Made by a program: the position numbers and the translations under genes. A stretch of DNA of 64,000 bases, from positions 2,838 through 66,837 of the forward strand of contig JAMLHR010000011.1 of NCBI GenBank assembly GCA_023957015.1. The letters are read 5' to 3'. The notes under the pieces were generated by a model. It worked only from the letters and a program-made list of their open reading frames with translations. It made no database searches and was not told the origin of the DNA. Positions 19,233 through 26,554 of this stretch are shown piece by piece. How positions within the stretch are numbered: position 1 is the stretch's first letter; each line of letters begins with the position of its first letter. The DNA comes from Thermomicrobiales bacterium (GTDB taxonomy: Bacteria > Chloroflexota > Chloroflexia > Thermomicrobiales > UBA6265).

Positions 19233-19909
19233 GGTTCAACTCGCAGACAGAAACCAACGCCGCGCACGGTCTGGATCAATCGCGGCTCGACCGTGTCGAT
19301 CTTGCGGCGCAGATAGCTGATGTAGGTATCGACAATCGCGGGTTCACCCTCAAACTCGTATCCCCAGACGTAGTCGAGTATCTGGGCGCGGGTGAGGATA
19401 TGGCCGGTATTGATCAAGAGATAGTGGAGCAACTGATATTCCTTGGCGGAGAGAGACACGATCTGTCCGGCGCGAACGACCTCGTGTAACCTCAAATCCA
19501 TCTCCAAATCAGCGCAACGCAGGTGATTTCTGGCCGTCTGATCAAGCGGATTCCGGAGCCGCAGGCGCACCCGGGCAACGAGTTCGGCGACGTCGAAGGG
19601 CTTGACCAGATAGTCATCGCCGCCATCGCTCAAGCCCTGAAGCCGATCCTCCAACCGATCGCGGGCGGTGAGGAAGACGACCGGGACGGTATAGCCACCG
19701 TCCCGCAGTCGTCGCATCACACTAAATCCGTCCAGGTCTGGCAGCATGACATCCAGCACAATCGCATCCGGTCGCCAACCGATCGCCTGATCGAGGGCAT
19801 CGCGACCGGTCGCCGCCGTCTTCACCTCCATACCCTCGCGGCGCAACGCGCTCGCGACGAGGAAGGAGATATTGTCTTCGTCATCGACTACCAGAACCTT
19901 ATCGACCAT
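19229..19909 (-). CDS. OmpR/PhoB-family response regulator
   Basis: Receiver domain VLVVDDE...IVLDVMLPDLDG...K. Winged-helix C-terminus with YVWGYEF...VDTYISYLRRKI. It overlaps the kinase gene start by 4 nt. Confidence 0.93.
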   Translation of the reverse strand: MVDKVLVVDDEDNISFLVASALRREGMEVKTAATGRDALDQAIGWRPDAIVLDVMLPDLDGFSVMRRLRDGGYTVPVVFLTARDRLEDRLQGLSDGGDDYLVKPFDVAELVARVRLRLRNPLDQTARNHLRCADLEMDLRLHEVVRAGQIVSLSAKEYQLLHYLLINTGHILTRAQILDYVWGYEFEGEPAIVDTYISYLRRKIDTVEPRLIQTVRGVGFCLRVEP

Positions 19910-19912
19910 GCG

Positions 19913-21448
19913 CTAATCCTCGAAGAACGCGGCGATCGAGCTCGCCTCCTGCTCAATTGTATCGAGCGAAACCAGATCGGTTGCCTCCTGTTCCAGCAAG
20001 GCGACCCACTGATCCAGAATTCCGGCCGCTACACCACTCTGGAGGAGATCGGTGCGCAGAGTTTCGGATGTGGTATCGCGCAGCGTGCTCCATTCCTCGT
20101 TGGCCAGGAAACGATTGACGAGCGGATTACCGCCGCCGAAGCCACCGCCATTTCCGCCCGGGAACCCGGTCTGGCCATCGGGCATGGTGCGATTGCCCAT
20201 GGTACCGGTGCCATCCATCGTCGGAATACCGAGATCTTCGAGCGAAACCGGTGTGCCATCGGCATTGAACAGTTCCGGAATCTCACCCGAATTACCGCCA
20301 GGGAACTGACCACCCGGGAAGCCGGTATTGCCACCATCACCGCGACCCATCATGCCGAAGCCACCGAACGCCAGATTCATGTCCCACGGAACAACGGTGA
20401 ATACATCGGTCGAGCGATTCCAGTAGAGGTAGGAGTTGTTGCCCGGTCCATCGATATCATCGGTATTGCCGATCAGATCCATCATGGCGAGGTAGACGGC
20501 AAATAGCTCGATCTCAAGACGATCGGGGAGTTCATCGATAAAGACATCGTCCTCCGCATTGTTGAGGAAGTCGAGAAAATCGATCAGTGGGACGAAATCG
20601 GCGGCATCGTCGCCGGTGTCGCCGGCTTCCAGATCAAAGGCGATCTTCAGGTAGTCCTCGTAGTTCTCGCCGCGATAACTCCAATTGCCCTCAGCCTCGG
20701 ACTTGAAGAGGATGCCATCGGCGGGAAAGTGGGCCTTCATCCACTTCCCCTTGGGATTCTCGATGGCGAGGCGGAGCTGCGGTTCCGAACCGTTGGCAAC
20801 GAAGCGCACCATCGCGGCCTGCTGCGAGGCCAATCCGGCCTTATCCAGCAGGTTCAGGGCAACGGCCTCGTTGAGCGATGTCTCCGAGTTGTTGGAGCGA
20901 ATGACCAACTGGGTCATACCCTCGTGTTCCTGATCCTTCACGTACTCATCGAGTTTGATCAGCCAGGGTAGTGTGACGGGATCGACGCTGGCGGGATCGA
21001 CGGTGCCGCCGGGGTTGAAGCCACCGGTGCGGGTGTTCCCGCCCGCCATTGGTGTGGCATCTGTGGGGAAGGTGAAATCGCCACCCTCCATTCCGCCGCC
21101 ACCGCGACCGATCGATCCACCCAGGATTGTGGCCAGGGATGAGTTCCCCTTCAGGCGGAGACCAGATTGCTCATAGACGGATCCATTAATGGTGACGGTG
21201 CCCTCGATCCAGAGTTTGTCGCCATTCTCCTGATAGGCAACCACCATATCCTGAAATTCCTGCAGATCCATCTCGATGGAGATGTCATGCACGGTATCGG
21301 CGGCGAGGAAGGCGGATGGTTCGAACTCCTGGGCGGAGAGCGGCTGGATGAATCGGCGGGTGCTTCCGAGAGCCATCGCCGCGCCGGAGAGAGCAAGAAG
21401 CGTGCGGCGATTAAGGCGGTACGGAAGGGCTGCGGTTGTTGTGGTCAT
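19913..21448 (-). CDS. CotH-family protein (atypical kinase fold), Tat-signal secreted, with a Gly-rich C-terminal half
   Basis: MTTTTAALPYRLNRRTLLALSGAAMALG is a Tat-like signal. CotH-like blocks LRLKGNSS, LVIRSNNSETSLNEAVALNLL, AVYLAMMDLIGNTDDIDGPGNNSYLYW and VVPWDMNLAFG. The ATG at 21448 is chosen because the upstream ORF extension covers the tandem repeat. The stop codon lies 3 nt from the response-regulator ATG. Confidence 0.8.
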   Translation of the reverse strand: MTTTTAALPYRLNRRTLLALSGAAMALGSTRRFIQPLSAQEFEPSAFLAADTVHDISIEMDLQEFQDMVVAYQENGDKLWIEGTVTINGSVYEQSGLRLKGNSSLATILGGSIGRGGGGMEGGDFTFPTDATPMAGGNTRTGGFNPGGTVDPASVDPVTLPWLIKLDEYVKDQEHEGMTQLVIRSNNSETSLNEAVALNLLDKAGLASQQAAMVRFVANGSEPQLRLAIENPKGKWMKAHFPADGILFKSEAEGNWSYRGENYEDYLKIAFDLEAGDTGDDAADFVPLIDFLDFLNNAEDDVFIDELPDRLEIELFAVYLAMMDLIGNTDDIDGPGNNSYLYWNRSTDVFTVVPWDMNLAFGGFGMMGRGDGGNTGFPGGQFPGGNSGEIPELFNADGTPVSLEDLGIPTMDGTGTMGNRTMPDGQTGFPGGNGGGFGGGNPLVNRFLANEEWSTLRDTTSETLRTDLLQSGVAAGILDQWVALLEQEATDLVSLDTIEQEASSIAAFFED

Positions 21449-21539
21449 CGTGATCCTCTCGTGATGCGGTGCGTTGCCATCGGCGGCAACAGGATCACTA
21501 TGACCAGTCAATTTGGGAAATCTCTGAGAGAGCATGGGA

Positions 21540-21900
21540 CGGGACGATTGCCCATCGGCGTCGGTCGGTAGTTGCGATCCTCGTGATCGCTCACGAAGCG
21601 AAGCTTCGTCCATGTACCGATGATCCTGTTCGCAATTCACCTTCAGGATCATTGGGCCTAACATACGAACCTCTGGTTCGTTGTCGACCATAAAGGTCGA
21701 CGCTACCGTTTGGCACCGCGTCCGGTCGCCGCCACCCACATCTCGGTAGAGGCGATCCCTTGTGGTCGCCCACGAAGCGAAGCTTCGTCCATGTACCGAT
21801 GAACCTGCGCGTAACTCGTCTTTAGGATCATCGGACCTAACATACGAACCTCCGGTTCGTTGTCGACCATAAAGGTCGACGCTACCGTTTTGCGCCGCCA
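21540..21900 (-). repeat. Two tandem ~180-bp units, each carrying 4-5 consecutive hairpins, in the cotH leader
   Basis: Units ~21540-21719 and ~21720-21899 align by eye. The core runs cacgaagcgaagcttcgtccatgtaccgatga...ggatcat...cctaacatacgaacctc(t/c)ggttcgttgtcgaccataaaggtcgacgctaccgttt. Stems are ACGAAGC/GCTTCGT, ATGATCCTG/CAGGATCAT, ACGAACC/GGTTCGT and GTCGAC/GTCGAC. Confidence 0.8.
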
Positions 21901-21912
21901 TTGTTCACCTGT

Positions 21913-21951
21913 GAAAACCAAAGAGGAGACCGCCGTTCGGCGATCTCCTCT
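21913..21951 (-). terminator. Rho-independent terminator downstream of the LPXTG gene
   Basis: The minus strand reads AGAGGAGATCGCCG-AA-CGGCGGTCTCCTCT followed by TTGGTTTTC. Confidence 0.65.
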
Positions 21952-21955
21952 CCTT

Positions 21956-21989
21956 GTGGGGCAGACAAGCTGCCCCGCTACCGAATATC
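21956..21989 (+). repeat. Dispersed hairpin repeat, family A
   Basis: GTGGGGCAGACAAGCTGCCCCGCTACCGAATATC. Confidence 0.75.
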
Positions 21990-21998
21990 TAGTCCGAC

Positions 21999-24164
21999 CT
22001 ACGCCCGCCGTCGCACCTCGCCGGTACGAACAACAAAGGCGAATCCACCCACCATCACCGTGGCTGCGGTGACGATCAGTAACAGACTGCTGGGCGATCC
22101 ACCGGCACCGGTCTGCGGCAGACTATCGACCGTCGCGTCCTCCGTTGGCTTCTCGGTAGCAGCTGGTGTCTCGCTGCTGACAGGTGTCTCGGTAGCTGCT
22201 GGTGTTTCCGTCGCACCCGGGTCAGTCTGACGCAGATTCACGACCAGCTTGTCGGTATCCTCGCCGATCTCAATCGTGAACTCGATCAGGTCGCCATCAA
22301 CGGGCGCGATGCGGATCACATAGTCACCCGGGAGCAGATCCGGCAGTGTGAGGATGTTGTTGGCTTCCACGGTTCCGGTGTGGATGGCACCGGCCGGGAG
22401 TGTGGCAGCGGCGGGCGCGTACACGCCGAACGGTGCCCCTGCCAACGAACTTCCATCCGCAGTGATCACCTGCACTGTGATGTTCTGGCTGGTCGGTGTC
22501 TCGGTGGGTGCTGTCGGTGTCTCCGTTGGGGCTGGTGTGGTTGATACCAATTGACCACCAATGAAGGTGGAGTTCCCATCGCCATGCATCATTACCTTGT
22601 AGAAGAAGCGACCACCACTATTCATCACCACATCGAAGATGGCGGTATCCGGTGAACCCGTGGATGAGCACCACGCCTGCGATATCGTTCCGTGATTCGC
22701 CGGAATGTCCTTCTCGATAACTTGCTTCCAGCCACTGGCATTGGTGAAGGTCAGCGTGCCCTTGCCGCCGGACTGATCAGCGCCAACCCACATGTCCCAA
22801 CCGCAATTGGGTTCGTAATAGACCCAGGCAACACTAAAAAAGGTATCGCCGTGTTGATCTGGCTTCACGAACTTCAGGGTTTCCTCACCGTCCAGACCCT
22901 GCGACGAGGAGGGTGGTGGTGGGATTGATCTCTGGACACCGAACTCAACCAGATCGCCAGCCGCGGGTGCGACCTTGATCACGTAGGCACCCGGGAGCGC
23001 GTCCGGTATGGTGATGGTGTTGTTGGCACCGACGGTACCGGTGAAGATGGCACCGGCCGGGAGCGTGGAGGCGGCAGGTGCATAGATACCGAACGGTGCA
23101 CCCGTCAGCGATGTGCCATCCGCCGTTCTGACGATAATCGACACCGGATTCGCTTCAGCGACGGGTGTTTCCGTCGCTTCCGGCGATGGCGTCACCGGTG
23201 TCTCAGTCGGCGTCACCACGCCTACCTCGCAGTCGAGGACAAAGAGGCTAAGGTCGACGCCTTCCACCGCGTTCTTGCTCCTGGCCGTATACGGTTCCCC
23301 ACACGATTCTGAAGTGACGGTCACAATCCATAGGTATGGATCATCGATGCTACTGAGTGGAACCACTGGAATCGTTATCTCATTGGTCAGGCCATTTGAG
23401 AGATACGTTGTACTATTGCCTGCGGACGTAAAAACCTGGAGATGGAAGTCGTTCACAGGATCGCTATTACGATCAACAACACGTACAACTTGGGAGTCTA
23501 CCGGTTCTTCCAGTGGTGTTGCGGTGATGATGTGATCGAACGAGGATGACACAAACCGACTGGAGCCTTGCCATTTGCGGTCCTCCAAGACGATCGAGTC
23601 ATCCAATCGCGGAGTGATGAATTCGATGGCGAAGGCACCTGATGCATCTGTAACCATACAGTTCACGCTGGAGTAGGTGGAGAATGTGCAGACTTCACAC
23701 CCATGAGCGGGTTACCGGTACCGTCAACGACATGCCCTCTGGTGATAGTTTTCCGATGCCGTAGGTTCCTCTGGCTCTGAAGTTCGGCCACCACTCACCT
23801 CGGAAACACCGCAGGTACCTACCTGTCCTTCATAGCGGTACTCGGCGCCTCCGTAGAAATACACATCGACCGTTACCTTATCGATAGCGTGATGGTTAAA
23901 CTCCACGGATAGTTCACTTCCCCATGGTTGAATAGCGGAGATATCAGACCAACCGTCCGAGTGTTGCGAAATAGACCACCATATTCCTGGCATCGGTATC
24001 ACTGGTCCGCGATATCGACACGGCTGGCATCGCAGGCGCGGGTGATCGAGTCCATAGTGAACCCGGTGTCACCTTCCTCGGCGATGGCGGTTGACACCAG
24101 TCCTGAGAAGCTCATGAGCACGATGCCCAGTGCAGCGAAGAAGCCGAACCTATTTGCGGAACAT
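21999..24164 (-). pseudogene. Disrupted LPXTG-anchored surface protein (adhesin-like, Cna-B/prealbumin-like repeats)
   Basis: The 555-aa main ORF (21999-23666) ends in LPQTGAGG, a hydrophobic helix and RRRA. It has two internal ~70-aa repeats and no signal peptide. The signal peptide (RFGFFAALGIVLMSFSGLVSTAIAEE) is encoded at 24151-24002 in a different frame from the ATG at 24164. The ATG, the 92-aa ORF (23724-24002) and the main ORF share one frame. That frame is broken by a TAG at codon 5 and by stops TGA 23726-23724 and TAA 23714-23712. Confidence 0.6.
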
Positions 24165-24238
24165 TGCCCTCTCTCCTCACGAATGCATTACGATTTCCCC
24201 GAACTCATTATGTTGGTTCCGCAAATTTTCGCAAGCAT

Positions 24239-24250
24239 GGGGGGGGGGGG
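24239..24250. repeat. Homopolymeric G12 (C12 on the minus strand) tract upstream of the LPXTG locus
   Basis: Counted directly: gg at 24239-24240 plus ten g at 24241-24250. On the minus strand it lies 6 nt downstream of a TTGACA hexamer (24262-24257). Confidence 0.9.
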
Positions 24251-24385
24251 CAATTTTGTCAAGGATTATGTCCGTAGATGGCGATTGAGACGAGTGCTAG
24301 CCGCACCGGTGCGGTCGCGCGACAATCGGTAGCGTCAGCCTGGGCACCATTCGTATCGAGAAAAATAGGCGCAGGTGTTGGCAAA

Positions 24386-24650
24386 CCGGCTGTGGGTATG
24401 CGCAGGATGTTTCGTAATAAAGCCGATGTGTCCCCGTCATTCAGAGCTACGCCTCGGCCACCTTCGGTAGCCGACTGCCGTAGGCAGACTCGACCATTGA
24501 TCACGGCGAAAGCTTACCCTTGGAACATACTCCGCTGCCGAAGGCGGCCGGAACGAAGTGGAGTAGCGATAGCGAGCCCTCGCGTAGCCCTGCGATCTCG
24601 AGCGGGGCCGCAGGGTCCACGGCGCTCCGCGCCTCTGAATGACGCTCGCG
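24386..24650. repeat. Composite dispersed repeat, family B (modules CCGGCTG..GCAGGATGT, GTCATTCAGAGC, GCAGGGTCCACGGCG..CGCGCCTCTGAATGAC)
   Basis: Shares modules with 53756-54000 and 56835-56995. Confidence 0.7.
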
Positions 24651-24922
24651 CGTTGGCGGCTGCAGGTGGCGTAGTTGGGATATCCCGGATCGCTGAACCC
24701 GCGCCATTCTTCGCGGCTGCGCCGCTCGAAGCACAGGTCTACCGTTTTGCATCGCGACAGATCGGTCCGAGTCTACGCCTCTAAAACAACCTCTTCAGGC
24801 ATTTTCTCGGTACACGTGGCATCAAGCCCGGCACCTTGGCATCGCCCTCCTCAGAAAACTCTCAAATACGAACGTTAACGTTCTCCGCAGTTACGTTACG
24901 CGTGTTTGTTGGAGGTTTCCTG

Positions 24923-25540
24923 GTGGATCACCTGATCTCGATGTCATTGGACATCATCGCTATTACCATCCTGGTCTTCGGACTCTATTTCCCCCGCCAT
25001 CGCAATCGGGATATGATCGTCGCCTACCTCGGTATCAATGTAGGTGTGTTGATCGTGGCATCGGTGCTGTCGTCAGTCGATGTCTCGCTGGGCGTCGGTA
25101 TCGGACTCTTCGGCGTGCTCTCCATCATCCGGTTGCGCTCGGATGAGTTGAACCAGCGCCAGGTTGCCTACTACTTCGCCTCGCTGGCACTCGGTCTTCT
25201 GGGCGGCACAGCCATCGCCAATACCAGCCTCACCGCTGGTTTGATGGCGATGCTGCTGGTCGTCCTCTGGATCGGCGATAGTCCCCGACTGCTGGGTGCG
25301 CATCGATCACAGACGATGAATATCGACCGGGGATTCCTCAACGAGGCGGACCTGATCGCCTATATCTCACCGCTCCTGAACGGAACGGTGGAGCGCGCCA
25401 CGATCATCAAAACCGATCTGGTCAACGACACCACCGTCGCCCACATCGCGCTCAAGGAAGGGAAAGGACCAACCTCCCCCATCTCAGTCACACCATCCTC
25501 CGCAGTCCATCACCTCGATACCCACAGGAGCCAGGCATGA
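24923..25540 (+). CDS. DUF4956-like integral membrane protein
   Basis: GGAGG RBS before the GTG at 24923 (an ATG at 24941 is also possible). The pattern LVFGLYFPRHRNRDMIVAYLGINVGVLIV...GLFGVLSIIRLRSD matches my memory of DUF4956. It overlaps the VTC gene start by 4 nt. Confidence 0.65.
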   Translation: MDHLISMSLDIIAITILVFGLYFPRHRNRDMIVAYLGINVGVLIVASVLSSVDVSLGVGIGLFGVLSIIRLRSDELNQRQVAYYFASLALGLLGGTAIANTSLTAGLMAMLLVVLWIGDSPRLLGAHRSQTMNIDRGFLNEADLIAYISPLLNGTVERATIIKTDLVNDTTVAHIALKEGKGPTSPISVTPSSAVHHLDTHRSQA

Positions 25541-26307
25541 GCATGACATTGAACAGAGTTGACCTGAAAATCGCCAACCGCGCATCAATTGATCTGGAGG
25601 AACTGCAGCAAACGGCCAGTTTCCTGGTGCGAAAAGACCGCAAATACATCGTGCCAATCCGATCGCTGGGGACCATCCTGGACCGTATCGATGCGGACGC
25701 GCACGTACTGGAGATCGAGGGGCAGCGCACCTTCGCCTACGAATCGCTCTACTTCGATACCACCGATCTCCGCTCCTACTTCGGTGCGCTGCGGCAACGT
25801 CCGGATCGGTTCAAGGTACGAGTGCGCGTCTATAAGGACTCCGGCCTGACCTACCTGGAGGCGAAAACGCGCGATCATCACGGTCGCACGGTGAAACACC
25901 GTCTCGATCGCGAGGGCTGCGTAGCACCGGAGCTGGCGGCACCAGAACATCAGTGGCTACAGCATTTCGACGAGATCGGTTCCGCCGCCACATCGCTCAC
26001 CCACATGCTGACCACCAGATACTCCCGTTCAACCATCGTGCTCCCCCACGGCGAAGGGCGACTGACCATCGATCACGGTCTCGAGTTCGCGACACCCAAT
26101 GGCGAATCGCTATCGATCCCGTCCGTTGTCATTCTGGAATCGAAGGGACCAGGGCATCCCACCAGCGTCGATCAGGTGCTGTGGCGGTGCGGTCTCCGTC
26201 CCGTTTCCATCAGCAAGTTCGGATGTGGCATGAGCTTGTTGTCATCCAACCTCCCCTCCAATCGGTGGCATCGGATACGCAATCAACTGGCGAATGCGGT
26301 GGGATAA
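25537..26307 (+). CDS. VTC-domain (polyphosphate-polymerase-like, triphosphate-tunnel/CYTH-like) protein
   Basis: RKDRKYIV...YESLYFDTTDLRSYF...RFKVRVRVY...YLEAKTR...KHRL is the bacterial VTC-domain pattern. Translationally coupled to the DUF4956 gene. Confidence 0.7.
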   Translation: MSMTLNRVDLKIANRASIDLEELQQTASFLVRKDRKYIVPIRSLGTILDRIDADAHVLEIEGQRTFAYESLYFDTTDLRSYFGALRQRPDRFKVRVRVYKDSGLTYLEAKTRDHHGRTVKHRLDREGCVAPELAAPEHQWLQHFDEIGSAATSLTHMLTTRYSRSTIVLPHGEGRLTIDHGLEFATPNGESLSIPSVVILESKGPGHPTSVDQVLWRCGLRPVSISKFGCGMSLLSSNLPSNRWHRIRNQLANAVG

Positions 26308-26401
26308 CTCCACGCATTTCGACAAACGCCCTCCCCAGGCTCTGGTTCACCCTCACCTCGCCCGTTTTCCGGATATTCGCGCGTCTCACCTGCGCGTGAT
26401 C

Positions 26402-26442
26402 TTGTCATTAGCATCGATTCAATATACCCTATGGGGGTATAT
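26402..26442 (+). promoter_or_regulatory. Promoter (TTGTCA, 17 nt, TACCCT) overlapped by a CsoR/RcnR-type operator ATATACCC-TATGG-GGGTATAT
   Basis: The palindrome at 26422-26442 was read directly. Its TACCC-N5-GGGTA core with a G-tract resembles remembered CsoR-family (DUF156) operators such as B. subtilis copZA. Confidence 0.5.
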
Positions 26443-26554
26443 CACAATGATGTGACTGTAAGGATTGCGCGGCAATCCGGCTCTTGGGTATCCTCAACCT
26501 CCGTTCACCTGGTGAATGTGGGATGTGAGTATGCCTTTACCAGGGAGAGGCACG

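Noticed and set aside
21591-21901. Repeated peptide GSVDLYGRQRT.GSYVR..DP..ELR.GSSVHGRSFAS, translated from both 180-bp units on the minus strand, which could be a repeat protein.
   Set aside because: The reading frame is only open because it is fused to the spurious CotH extension. The second copy ends in a stop. The conserved positions coincide with hairpin stems, which favours a nucleic-acid-level element.
24260-24920. A 650-bp gene-free region that could hide a housekeeping ncRNA (RNase P RNA, tmRNA, SRP RNA or 6S RNA).
   Set aside because: I found none of the universally conserved blocks of those RNAs, for example GAGGAAAGTCCGGGC of RNase P or the tRNA-like ends of tmRNA. The region is largely accounted for by family-B repeat modules.
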